A DNA stretch of 50,136 bases. Source: Octopus bimaculoides. Taxonomy: Eukaryota. The position numbers were made by a program, and so were the translations under genes. A model generated the notes under the pieces. That model was given only the letters and a program-made list of their open reading frames with translations, searched no databases and was not told the DNA's origin. Positions 36,288 to 49,139 of this stretch are shown here, one piece after another (position 1 is the stretch's first letter; each line of letters starts with the position of its first letter). Location of the stretch: positions 99,976,680-100,026,815 of the forward strand of contig NC_068983.1 in assembly GCF_001194135.2 (NCBI RefSeq), written 5' to 3'.

Positions 36288-37085
36288 CAGGAGTTCTCAA
36301 TATTTTTGAGCTCGTTGTGCGCGGAGATCAAACAAAATATAACTGGTACACTTCGCAGGGAATATTAAAAAGTTCTGGTACACTTCACATGTAAAGATAA
36401 AAACACTGGCGCTCTTCGCATGGAAAGTTAGAAATTGCTGGTGCACATCGCATAAAAAGTTAGAAATTGCTGACGCACATCGCTTACATCTTCGCTTGTT
36501 AACATTATGCTCAATTAAAATTCTTTAATAATTATAACTCCAGTACTTCCTTACAGTTGTGTCCTTCAAAACCTATAGGGTTACGGTTAGACAAGATGTG
36601 GCATACGATTAATATGCTTAAACGTGCCAAAACAATTTTGGAAAGTACATGCACAAAGTTCATGTAACGTAGCTAAAAGAATTTTGTGACTTTGCCAGAG
36701 TGGAATATAAAATGCTATTGCGATATGGGAGAACTAAATGGTAAAACAAAATTACTAGTAGCTGAAAACTTATTTACATCCTACTTTTGTTTCCAACATA
36801 CTGTCCAGAATTGATAATGGTTTTGAAAAAATGTATAAATGGTCTGTACATGGCTGGCTCAACTCTACCTTTGACTCTTCAACAAAGCAATTCGGACCGT
36901 GAATAAGGACAATGCCAGCGCATTAGATATCAAAAGAAAAAATATGAAATACCTGATTGCAAGTGTAGAAGAAGGAAACATTTGTATAGTTGTGTCTCAA
37001 TTTGAAAAGGCTTTGTTGAAAAAACTTGAAGAAAATGAAAAATGCATTGAAAAATTGAAGAAAGGGTTAAACTTTTTTTTTATGA
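36288..37085 (+). mobile_element. Decayed hAT element: left end with subterminal ~32-bp repeats, plus transposase remnant
   Basis: Starts CAGGAGTTCTCAA (hAT-like TIR). 36676-36741 reads KEFCDFARVEYKMLLRYGRTKW, like the EFC.F...EY..LL....TRW segment of hAT transposases. Followed by LFNKAIRTVNKDNASALDI. Confidence 0.55.
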
Positions 37086-40000
37086 AAGATGTCTCTTATT
37101 GGAATCGTTTCAACTCTGAAAGTTATAAGCCTCTGTCTGTCTGCCTGTCTCTCTCTCTCTCCTCCTATGCAGACACACGCACGCGCGCATATATATGTAT
37201 GTATATAGTATCAGTGCCGCTAAAAACTTATGAAACTTTGCAAGTTGTTAGCAACTTTGTAATATAAAATAAATACTGCTTTGAGTACTCTTATTCTTTG
37301 TTGATTTGCAGACACCTTACTACTACTACTACTACTGCTACTGCTGCTGCTGCTGCTGTTGCTGTAGCTACAACAACTACTACAACATGCATATATCATT
37401 ATCATATATACGTTTCTTAATTATATATACCTTTGCACTCACACTCGCGTGCGCGCGCGCGCATACGTAATATGATTTATAAGTATTCAGCTGTTGGCTT
37501 ACTTGTCTGTTCCTGTTTAATTTACTCGTGCAAAGGAATTACAATCGCACAATGGGTAATCCTATGCTGGCTCATCAATGCTATGCCCCACATCATTTTA
37601 AACAAAGTTCCTTATTCATCCTCACACGAAAGTCTTTACTTTTGAGTACAACCTTCTAAATAAACCTTTGTGAACCAACCTTCACTTTGTGATTTCACCC
37701 CCCACTTTCCTTCCTTATTGTAAATATTCGGTCTATTTTGCTATTACATCACTATAAATCCTTACTGAAGCTACAATTTTTTTTTAAATGTGAAACAAAT
37801 ATTAGATCGCCTGGCATGAATATCCAGCTACCCTGTCTTTACTATTTGATATAGTTATAATTTTCTTCATGAATGAATCTTCCAATTCCAAAAAATAAGA
37901 GTTTGGGCAATCGAGCAGCAGAGTATCGTTGAACGTTTCATAAACTGTCTCTGCCATTGAGTTATCGTTTAGTCCCTAGTAAGTTCTAACTGATTAGACC
38001 TATGATCAAATGCATTCAAGCAAATACGATCTTCTTTTATGGGAGAGTGTGTGCTACATTACATTATCTAATGCGTTCTTACCTTTTGTTTTAAAGAGAT
38101 AGGGTATGCGTAAAATAAGGGATATTTAGCTGCTAGTTCAGGTATACAGAGATTTTTTTTATGGCTGCCATTGCCTTGTACTTGCGGCCGAATCACAACA
38201 GCCAGCATCCAACTCAATAGAGTTCAACGAAGTTAAAGGTTGGTAGAGTAGTTCAGTGATATAAGCAGCACTATAAAATTTATTTGTTTAGCTTTCAGTG
38301 CTGGGTTCATGTCCAATGTATTGTTCCTTGGACAGCTACATGAAGAGCAGAGCTGTAGTGGTATCTAAACGACGTAATATTATTGACCATTCGAGAGAGT
38401 TTCTTTCAGAGTTCACGAGAGCAAAGAACAGTTCATGGCAGAACTGATAGTGATAGAATGGCTACAATTTTTTTACAGCATTTACGTCTCTTTAGTTTCA
38501 TATCTACGCATCTTGACTTTTCAAATCATTCCTCCCAAGTTGATAATACAAGTAGTAGTTCACAGTCGATTCAATCAACAGTACCACTTATCTATAGATA
38601 CATGACCTTTAGACAATGTAAGAAAGTTTAGTCGGAAGAAGAAGGGTTGTGTTTGAAGCTCTCTCAGACTGGGGGGGGGGGAGCTTAATATAACATACCA
38701 CTAGCTAGAATAAATGACGGAATGATCGCAGTTAAAACGCCTTAAAACTAAATTCCATCCTATTTGTCTGTCAATTACCAGGGCTTACCTAGGGTTAAAC
38801 TACAGTCCCCCTCCCCACATACACACCACTACCACCACCACCAACAACAACAACAGGTTACAAGACTCTCCGTTGTGAAATATACTACAATGAATTAGAT
38901 AAGATGAAAGATAAAGAACATGTAAAGAAACTCGTCTCGTGAAATTTAGTATCGAGGTAACTGATAAAATCGGGGTCGAATTTGCCTTCCGTCTCGCTGG
39001 AGTCCATTAAACATACCAGCAAAATGTTTCTGATCAATTTAATTGGTTGTGCTCCTCCTTTTGAATAATTGTCTCGTTCCTTCAGGCCTACACGAGCTAG
39101 TTCTGTATCTCTCGATAGAAAAAAGATGACAATGGATAGCTTCCTAGATTATTAACTAAGATACGAAACCTAGCCCAGGTTTTTCTACCAGTTCCTTTTT
39201 ATTGTTCTCGGCTTTTGCATTAAGAGATTTATGAGTTTCAACTGTTAACCTGTTACCTTTCGAGTCGATTCAGGACAGATAAAAGACGACCCAAAATCGG
39301 TTTTACCCTTTTTAGTCGCTTGATGCATAGCCGAAGAGCATCTCCTTTTCTCCATTTACTTATGGGTTGTCGTCGCGCGACTGTACAACTTTCAACCGCT
39401 CTACTTGTCAACACAGATAGGTAAATCCTCTTATTCTCTTTCTCTCTCCTTCCGTCATCTATTCTTCTAGCAGTCAACAAAAGATGAACTGAACTACCTA
39501 CAGAATGTATAACAGAATGGCAAATAACACTGTATAACATAATTTTTGTCTTTGGGTAGCGACCATTATTTCCTATTTACATATCCCAAGAAATATTTTC
39601 TTCAAACTTTGCTTTTGTTACAGTTAATCAAACCCCTAAAGAATCTCTCTAAACACATGGCTACTCCTGCTCATGATCAGAGATACACATATTGTCAACC
39701 ACTAAGGGACATGCTCAAATGGTTATGGTCAAGCAACAGAGAAGCAAATCTGTGGTATTGAGTAGAATATTTGCTATAACGATATTTCTGCTTCAGCAAC
39801 TCAGTGCTGAATCTGTTTGAAATGTAATGGAAAAAGGTCAATTTCAAAACATTGAAGTCCATGTCACAAAAGCGAAATTTGAAGGGAATAGTAGTCATTT
39901 CCTTTGATTTCTAGATAGAGGCAATTAGGAAATAACACTTATTGACCAAAGTCAAATAAATAAATAAATAATCGAAAAAGTTGTAACTTATACTGTGACG

Positions 40001-40727
40001 ATGAAAATAAAGAACCATTTCAACTGATATTTTTTCTTTCTCTCATTTATTTGCTATACACAATTATTACAATTTAGGCAATACTGACGAGCAAACGTGC
40101 ACAAAATTATTACAAGATAGAAATTAAAGATGCAAAATTGATAAAACGAGAACCAGTATCTTGTGAAATGAGTTAAATCGTTTAAACGGTTTTTTATTCA
40201 ATTTAAAAGAAATTAAAAAGAAATTGTCTTAAGAAATCATAAAAATCGTCAAGAGAAATCACAATTATTACTATTATCAAGATGCTGGAGGAAGCTAAAA
40301 CCGAAATGTATCTATTTTATTAAATTCAAATCTAGCCTGGCCCGATTTTGTTTTTTCAGCCAATCAATTGCGGTTGCTAGAGTAAATATCAATAATTTAG
40401 AGCAAGACTTTAATGATTGTAACCCAACACTTTGTTGAAAATCTGTAATTGTGTCTCGGAAAAAGAAAACAAGAAACAAATAGCAATTGTTAAGTCAACG
40501 TCTTTTAAAAACAAAAACAATCAACCCAAGCTTAACAAATGACGTGTGGTCGTAGGTGTGCCAAGACAAAGAAAACAGGGTTTTCCTTTTATATATGTGA
40601 ATAATAAAACGCATTGCCGACTTTAGTATTAAATAGTTGTTTGTGTCATTTGTTTAATAAACTAAATGTAATTTGTAAATGTGTTTAAAAGTACGTGTAT
40701 GAGTGTTAAAATGTGAATATGTGTCTA

Positions 40728-40728
40728 C

Positions 40729-40810
<82 letters not shown>
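40728..40810. repeat. (TATC)n(TGTC)n compound microsatellite
   Basis: Direct observation. Confidence 0.9.
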
Positions 40811-40872
40811 TTCTGCTAACCCGCCNNNNNNNNNNNNNNNNNNNNNNNNNNNNNNNNNNNNNNNNNNNNNNN

Positions 40873-40937
<65 letters not shown>

Positions 40938-41695
40938 TGACTCGCATACTGTATTACTTTCAATAAAACTTTATCAACACATATTACTGGTAGCAGGTTT
41001 GCGTGGCAGAACCAATAAGTGCAGACTAAACGCTTTGCTGTATTAGTGAGTTACGTCCGGGTCGATTTTTACTTTTACGCTATGGGGATTGATAAAGTAT
41101 TTAGTTAAATATTGAGGTTAACAGTAGCTTAGTTAATGACGTGGGGAGCGGTCTGTCCCGGCCGACGCTTTTATGGGGGCTGCATTTTGGGGTCTGCTCT
41201 ATAAATCTGCATAGGCTGTATTGGCCCAGAGACTGGGGGTGGAGAGGCCGAAAACTCAAGGTTTGCCCGGTGATGGTGGTGGTGGTGGTGTTAGGGGCAC
41301 ACACTCTAGCTACGACATAGGAGATTAATAGTATTTGCTATACATCCCACTTCAAAAAATATATTGTTGATATAAACAGCTTTTAAAGGCGTTATATGTG
41401 TACGTGCATCTAAAATATTTATCTGTGATTATGTAGGTACTAACAAACGCGACCTACACGCAACTCGTTTAAGTATAACAGTTGTTAAGTAACATACGCA
41501 TCTGTTACGCAAGTGCAAGTGCATCTGTACATAAACCTATACATTAAGTAGCACACTATTCACAAATAGCCTGACTAGCCTAAATTAAACAAAGAAGATT
41601 TGTTACTTTTCTGCGTTATTTGATTACAAGCAAGTGATTCTCAAACATTTATACATCCTGTTAAAATGTGATTTCTTTTGCACATTAAATCCTCA

Positions 41696-41922
41696 GGCAT
41701 TCACGTCCGTTGGAGAGGTTAATGATTTTTAATGGCACTCCATCGGTTACAGAACAGCCTGCTCGTGAAATTAGCGTGCAGTGGCTGAGCACTCCACAGA
41801 CACGAGCATCCTTGACGTAGTTCTCAGAGAGATTTAGCATGACATAGAATGTGACAAGGATGACCCTTTGAAATACAGGTACTACTCATTTTTGCCAGCT
41901 GAGTGGACTGGAGTAATGTGAA
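41696..41922 (-). mobile_element. 5'-truncated CORE-SINE (family C-related, third tail type)
   Basis: CTCATTTTTGCCAGCTGAGTGGACTGGAGTAATGTGAA matches the CORE segment of 32017-32353 and 29622-29884; the tail differs. Confidence 0.7.
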
Positions 41923-42242
41923 CGCTGGGGTAGTAGGTGATGGCCAAATTGTTCATTTGCTTCCCCAGTTCTAAATCAGACCTTTTTATCGCAGCCGAAA
42001 GAATTTTGGAAGTGTCAGGAATTTCAGTTTTCTGCCTGACTCAGTTCCGTGATAAATTACCTGATATAAACTAGTGTCCCACCGGCTTAAGAGGTCAAAA
42101 TCACTGGGCCACTGAGAACAATAACAGCTTAGAATGTGTCATATTACATGCACTGTTATGACTCTTAAAATCATCAGTTGATGTACAATTGACTAACTAC
42201 AGGACCACACTGTAACATATTGTCAACGTAAGAAATATTAAA

Positions 42243-43647
42243 TACTAGCAGAAATACCCGGCTTTGCCCGGGTTAAAGAGAATAATGAAATCTATAAACG
42301 CCGTCTAGACTACGCAACCCTCAACTGTTAGTAGCTACGATACCATATTTCTACATTAATAACTCTCCAATCCATGCCAGCATGGAACATAGACATTAAG
42401 TGGAATGCCAGTCTCTCATCTAGGAGGGCCTTGAAATCAATGTTACCAACTGGGGACTATGTGTGTCGCAGTGATAATAAAAAGACCCAAAGGAGGTCTG
42501 CAACGAAATAATTTTACTCAACACTTTGCAAGTGAATCAGTGGAGGCAAAGATGCGTCTCATTTACTTGACAATTTATGCACCACATTGCAGAAATCCCA
42601 ATGTAAGNNNNNNNNNNNNNNNNNNNNNNNNNNNNNNNNNNNNNNNNNNNNNNNNNNNNNNNNNNNNNNNNNNNNNNNNNNNNNNNNNNNNNNNNNNNNN
42701 NNNNNNNNNNNNNNNNNNNNNNNNNNNNNNNNNNNNNNNNNNNNNNNNNNNNNNNNNNNNNNNNNNNNNNNNNNNNNNNNNNNNNNNNNNNNNNNNNNNN
42801 NNNNNNNNNNNNNNNNNNNNNNNNNNNNNNNNNNNNNNNNNNNNNNNNNNNNNNNNNNNNNNNNNNNNNNNNNNNNNNNNNNNNNNNNNNNNNNNNNNNN
42901 NNNNNNNNNNNNNNNNNNNNNNNNNNNNNNNNNNNNNNNNNNNNNNNNNNNNNNNNNNNNNNNNNNNNNNNNNNNNNNNNNNNNNNNNNNNNNNNNNNNN
43001 NNNNNNNNNNNNNNNNNNNNNNNNNNNNNNNNNNNNNNNNNNNNNNNNNNNNNNNNNNNNNNNNNNNNNNNNNNNNNNNNNNNNNNNNNNNNNNNNNNNN
43101 NNNNNNNNNNNNNNNNNNNNNNNNNNNNNNNNNNNNNNNNNNNNNNNNNNNNNNNNNNNNNNNNNNNNNNNNNNNNNNNNNNNNNNNNNNNNNNNNNNNN
43201 NNNNNNNNNNNNNNNNNNNNNNNNNNNNNNNNNNNNNNNNNNNNNNNNNNNNNNNNNNNNNNNNNNNNNNNNNNNNNNNNNNNNTCTCTCTCTCTCTTTC
43301 TCTCTTTCTCTCTTTCTCTCTCTCTCTGAAAGTATCTGTCATTACAGTATCAAAATGTGATTGTTTCAGTTAGTAGAATAGTTTCATTTTTAAAGTGAAA
43401 GTATTTGACATGAGTGTTTTTGTTTCACTTTTGACACGTAATACTTAAATAGTGGAGGAGATATTATGTTGCCGTGGGCTCGAACTCTGCAAGAAGTTAA
43501 AAAATTTTTTGACTAAAACACAACTGGAACCCTAAGTAAGGCATCTGTAAAATTTGAATGAAATTGGTTGCGTAGTTCTCGAGTTTTAGGGATTCACACA
43601 GACAGACAGACAGACAGACAGACATTCTCATTTTTATATATATAGAT
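42243..43647 (+). mobile_element. Non-autonomous Helitron/Helentron-like (DINE-1/Lep1-type) element spanning a gap
   Basis: 5' end TACTAGCAGAAATACCCGGCTTTGCCCGGG (short hairpin). 3' end ...GAAATTGGTTGCGTAGTTCTCGAG...(CAGA)n CATTCTCATTTTTATATATATAGAT. These are characteristic termini of this class. Whether both ends belong to one copy is uncertain because of the 677-nt gap. Confidence 0.65.
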
Positions 43648-44249
43648 TGCTACAGGACTACTAATTAATATTAAGATTCGTAATCGTTTCGCTAATGTTA
43701 CAATAGCATGACTTTAGCGTGACTGCTGGTTTGCAAGATAATCTAAATTTGTTTTTAACTTTTGCTTTCAAATATGGACAACAAAAAGTTTAAGAAAAAG
43801 AGAAAATTGAATGAAAGTGAAGCTTCAGTTATTGAGACTAGAATAAAGTTGAAAATAGAATTCAAAAAACAATAAAGAATTAACTCCACGTCGTGATAGA
43901 TTACGGTGCATACATCAAGGGCTGGTCCCCGGGGATCTCCATCATTTGGAGAGCCTCCAGAAGAGTTATTTAAAATATTACTGAGAGCCTCACGGTATTT
44001 GTAGCTCAGAGACCTACAAAATCTTAACCCGGCTCTGGCTCCACGCTAGATTTAACAGCTGACTGTATTCAACGCGCATATTCTAGTTTTATTGGTGGCA
44101 ATGGTACCGGACCATAAAATGTCCATTACGCGTGATTAAGTAAATATTCACTGTGGTATACTTATTCTTAACACATGACAAGAACAGTTTTCAAGTATTG
44201 TGCAAGTTCTCCAGCCTGTTATATTATGAGTCACAAAATGATTTTACCA

Positions 44250-45760
44250 TCATACCTTTTCATAAAGCATATCAAGTAGCATGATTTTGCGAAGAGTCAT
44301 ATTACCATGCATGTTGCACAGAAATGCTGAAGTAGATGTGGCAAACATTATGGCTATCAGACGAAAACCGAAAAAGAGCATTATACATTAGTTTGACGAT
44401 GCTGTGAAACAGCTGATAGAGGAAAATCGAAAGAAAGCACATCCAGTACTCTCAACCATTTAATTATGGGGTTTTCGGGAAAAAATCACGACTGAGAATA
44501 TACAAAGCCTCATTGAAGTCGAAATAAGACGTTGGAAAATCATTTAGAAAAATCTTTTAGTTGACCGTTACATTTCTACCCGAAGGGGAAAACGGGTTGA
44601 TCAAATTGTATGAAGAAATTAGAGGATATTGTTTCTGTGGTCAAAGTTCCACCTGGATTTTCAATTGATGACTAATGAAAGAGCTGATCTCTCTGGGAAG
44701 CAGGAATTTTCACATGACATACCCTCTTTTGACACAGTTGGATTAATAATATCACTCAAGAGGAATTCTTTGACCTGACGACACAAAGTGAATTGGATGC
44801 AAATATCCAAAAGTTGCATTTGTTTATCGGCCTACACATAAACTAAATTTTGTTGTGAGTAACTTTAATGTTGACCCTGACATAAGTCATGTTAGAGACT
44901 CTGTCAAAGCTATCAATGATTTGTTTTTCATGAGAGACCAAAGACATCTCTTATTCCAAGTATGGCAATACTTGGTAGAACATATTAGACTGAAAATTGT
45001 AAGTTTTTTTCAATTAACTTTGAAAAAACTTTTAACTAGTTACGTATGTTATTTTCTACAGCTTCAAATAAAACAAGCCTCTAACACAAGCTCTTCAAAC
45101 TTTTCAATCTGATGTAACGAATGTAAACAATCATATCTAAGGACTCTTAAATGTGTTACATAATCCCAAACCAAAGCAGAACAATTCAAGGAAGTTTTTT
45201 TTTCAAATAAAAAAATTCAACAACTGACAAAAAAAAAATTAATGATGAGCCAACCCTTTCCTGGCATTATGGTTGACAGAGAATTCCGTTCCAACGTTAG
45301 TGGCTCAACTGCAGTAAAATATTTTCGTAGGTCAGTCCGTGTGCCATATTTACTTACACTTCATATCATTATTGGAAAACTAATTTGCTGCAAAAAAATA
45401 AGCAAACTTTCAGTTTCTATTCACTTATTCACAAGAAATAGCGAAGCCTACAAAAGAAGAATTACTGAAGAAGTTTGTTAAGATCATTAAACTGAACTGA
45501 AATTGAAGACTTGGAAGTTGAAGTAGTCTCTTGATTTAGTTTTAAATCTGGTTGGAAAGGAACAAAGAAGACAATGGTTGTGGATATGGACTTCAGGACT
45601 CGCTCAAACGCGATGATCACGATGATATTTTCCTTTTAAACATGCTCTACCATTATCCCAAACAGTTTTCACAGTGGAGAAGCCCTTTCGCATTATGAAA
45701 AAAGTAAAACCCTGGTTAAGCTAAAAAATGGCAGATAAACATTTATTTGAATCCAATACG
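44250..45760 (+). pseudogene. Decayed hAT transposase (Tip100/THAP12-ZMYM1-like), many stops and frameshifts
   Basis: FSI..NERADLSGKQE (about 44658-44706; catalytic FS...DE..D.S..EQ motif), HVRDSVKAINDLFF, KYFRRSVRVPYL and the hATC-like TVEKPFRIMKKVKPWLS*KM (about 45670-45745), in the expected order. Confidence 0.7.
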
Positions 45761-46049
45761 ATTTTAGTTTTATTCCATAAAGTTCTTCTAAAATGCAAAA
45801 ATAAAAAAAACAACTTATATAATAAAACTGTAAATTGATAGTTAAACCGTGAACAGAGAGAGAGAGAGAGAGAGAGAAGGAAGGAGGGAGGNNNNNNNNN
45901 NNNNNNNNNNNNNNNNNNNNNNNNNNNNNNNNNNNNNNNNNNNNNNNNNNNNNNNNNNNNNNNNNNNNNNNNNNNNNNNNNNNNGAGAGAGAGAGAGAGA
46001 GAGAGGACGGGAGATAAATCTATTTAAGAGATAATAATTCAACTATGTT

Positions 46050-46106
46050 ACAAACAACTCGACAGCAACCAATCGAACGCTCTTTGGTTGCTGTCGAGTT
46101 GTTTGT
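46050..46106. other. Perfect 23-bp inverted repeat with 11-nt loop
   Basis: ACAAACAACTCGACAGCAACCAA (46050-46072), loop TCGAACGCTCT, TTGGTTGCTGTCGAGTTGTTTGT (46084-46106). Confidence 0.95.
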
Positions 46107-47572
46107 GTGTGCAGCACCAAGGCTCAGACAAAATCTAATAAAATCTACCGCTGTCCTTCAATACACATTTGGAAACAGTGAATATTGCCCTTTGCATTAA
46201 GTTATAATACTTTTTTTTTACAAGATATACTAATGATTAACATTTATATTTAAATGAATTGACCTATCTGTGACACCACTAGGTCAACTAGTTAACTCAA
46301 ATTATAATTAAGTCAGCACAAAGAGAACAAAGAGAGTAGCTGAACTTCTCAAACGACTTCTTCTGACCAGAGGTTCCACTCTAGTATTCTTTCATCTTGT
46401 AGTATTTCTAGTTTTCTTTCCATTTTACTGTAATTAATCTGTTTATATCATGTTTGAAAATTATTTCATCGTAACTTCCTTTTCTCCTTTGTTCTGCCTT
46501 TTTCTTCTCTTTTTACTATTTTCGTTGTTTGAAATTTAAATGTCGGTTCACTTTTAAGAGCGAGAAAGGAAATTCTGTAAGTTTTCTCTGTAATCTATAT
46601 TTTTTTTCTTGTTTTAGCTAATATGCTGAGTAATTTTTGTTGTTATAACCTTTGACTCGAACCTAACACTTTACAAACTGGTAATATGTATTATGTGGCT
46701 TATTCGTTGCTTTAGATAATTGAAAATGCCCATTTACTACCTCCCAAATAATAAGACACAGTCAGACGAAAGTTTTACAATGCAAATATTTAGAAAAACG
46801 CCATATTGATTAAAGCAACAAAATGACCAATGAACGATTCAATTCTCAGTTAGGACAACTGTAAGGTTTTATAGTTTTGTGATTAGAAGTTAATGCAACT
46901 ATTCTGTTCAGGCGGTAAACAATAGCTCAATAAGCAGTTTGAGTAAAACATTAGAAATTTTATCTTACTAAGACCTTCAGAAACAGTGAATCGGATTTCA
47001 AGATAATTTTTATATCTTTTTCCCAGTTGAAGCAGTGAATCTTTATGAATAACTTTTATCTCTTTGGTGTTTAACGTTAACAGTGATAGATTAACCATAT
47101 TATATACAGCCATACTTCAATAAACACTTTCTCATTGACCCAGGAGTAAATTATTTACGCTACGATAGACGGTTCCTTGCATTCATTGCTAAGCTAGTCT
47201 TATAAGCTCAAAAGCAAGCAGTGTTTCAACCAGTAGTTCTTTCTGTCGATACTAATATATAACTATTGATGTGTAGGCACAGGATGTCGTTTCTCGTGCT
47301 TCAAAAATTATTAATATTATTATTACATACTATTTATGATATTTGTCATTACTTAGGAAACTTATTCGCGCGCGCGCAAACACATACACACACGCGCACA
47401 CACACACACACACACACACAATTAGTAAGCGCCACCACTGTACATTGTACAGTAATTAATTCCATTCATAGTTATTTTCCTTGTTCATTGCTTCCTTCAC
47501 AAGTTGTTTTTCGCATTTGAAACCAACAAATTTCGCACTCGCAGAAAGTTTCTAGTATTTACATTTGCTTTT

Positions 47573-47800
47573 AAGGCGGCGAGCTGGCAGAATCGTTAGT
47601 ACGCTGGGCAAAATGCTTCGCAGCATTTCGTCTGTCTTTACGTTCTGAGTTCAAATTCCGCTGAAGTCGACTTTTGCTTATATCCCTTCAGGGTCAATAA
47701 ATTAAGTACCAGTTGAGCAATGGGGGGAAAGGGTGTCGTTGTAATCGACTTACCTCTCTCCCGAAATTGCTGGCCTTGTGCCAAAAATTGAAATCAATAT
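47573..47800 (+). mobile_element. SINE family A, full-length
   Basis: AAGGCGGCGAGCTGGCAGAATCGTTAG...GAGTTCAAATTCC...AATTAAGTACCAGTTGAGC...GGCCTTGTGCCAAAA. Confidence 0.9.
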
Positions 47801-47948
47801 TTATATTTGATTTTTAAATATGTTGAATTGATCGAAAGCGACCATTTTATGAGCTTATTAAAAGTGCAACGTCATTTAAACAGATGAATTCGTTGTACCT
47901 ATTTGCGCATTCAATTTTTAAGCTATTTTTACCCCATAGCAATTATGA

Positions 47949-48670
47949 CACGAGGTGGTTAAAAAATACCATATAATGAATCAATCATACATTAAAATTG
48001 ATTTCACTGGAGTAAAAGCAGAGCAAGAAGACTTCCTACAATGTGTTGTGTGTCATCAAACCTTTCAATCTAGCCAAGCTTTCTGAAACGGCATTTCTCA
48101 ATTAATGACCCAGAAAGCATTTAATCTGAAAATTTTGGAACTTGACTTGATTGAGGAGATATAGCAACAAAATGAAGCGCTGATTAAAATTCGAAACGTC
48201 GATTAATTTGCCGTTCCTATTATGTTAACCAAGGCTGCTCCTCTTGCTGTTTTCCCCCAAAGAAGCGCAGCATTCAATGATCCGTTCTGTATAGAGTGAA
48301 GGTGTAACAGGGCCCGAAATACACCGAAGTATAGGAATACAGTAGTTTTAGCCACTACGGAATTAATGATCGAAAAGTGTCACGCATCAAAAAAGAAGTT
48401 GAACGCCTCACCACATCCTGTGCTGATGGGTTCTGTTGTAAAGATGAATGATTGTTGACAAGCCGGCGCATAACATGCAAATTTAGTTACGGTTCTGTCT
48501 GCTCTGAAATCATCTTTAACAGACTTGGCTTTAATAAAGTTTTGCATGATGAGTCCCTAAACAACTCATTGAATTACATATATAAGATCATTTCTGAATT
48601 ATGCTAACGACTTTTGGATCACGGTTGTAATGAAGGTGAAACCTTCCAGTTAAATGGTCACTGGTGACAA
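47949..48670 (+). mobile_element. Degenerate mariner 5' fragment
   Basis: CGAGGTGGTTAAAAAA TIR-like start. KEAQHSMIRSV*SEGVTGPEIHR (mariner N-terminal HTH), LGFNKV..PKQL (WVPK.L region) and MVTGD (first catalytic D). Confidence 0.6.
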
Positions 48671-49139
48671 TATTATATGTGCATTACGGATAATTTTACA
48701 ACTCATACTCGTGTGTGTATGTGTGTGTGTATGTCTGTGTGTCCGTGTGTGTGTGTGTGTGTGTTAGATATTATAGAATGCTAAAAAGTGAAGGTAAAAT
48801 ACAAAAATAAAGCGAAAAACCGGAAGTGATGACAGTAACAAAAAAGGACAAAGTGTACATTTCATTTACATACTACAGCTGACACCGCGTCTACAGGTAC
48901 ATGGGATTATTGTTAACAGCTTGCATTAAATGTATTAAATGGTATTAATATAACAGTTGAAGTACTTTTCAATATATTTCCCTCAGCAAATAGTAAAATA
49001 TCTATTCCATGACTTGCGGCTCCTTACACGTTCGCATACATACGATCGCTGACAAAGCTTCATACATCTGATTGGGTGATAGAAATTATCTCGTGAAGTT
49101 GTTAACCGCTCACTGTATTTAGGGTATCTAAATGATTAT

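Noticed and set aside
36328-36485. Regularly spaced repeats as a CRISPR array
   Set aside because: Eukaryotic context, degenerate repeats, spacers similar to each other, no cas genes.
2035-46042. Long ORFs made of X, HTHT, CVCV, YIYI or SLSL
   Set aside because: Artefacts of N-gaps and di/tetranucleotide microsatellites; no coding signal.
46883-47113. 76-aa ORF faintly like a Penelope GIY-YIG C-terminus
   Set aside because: No GIY/YIG motif or RT nearby; similarity too weak.
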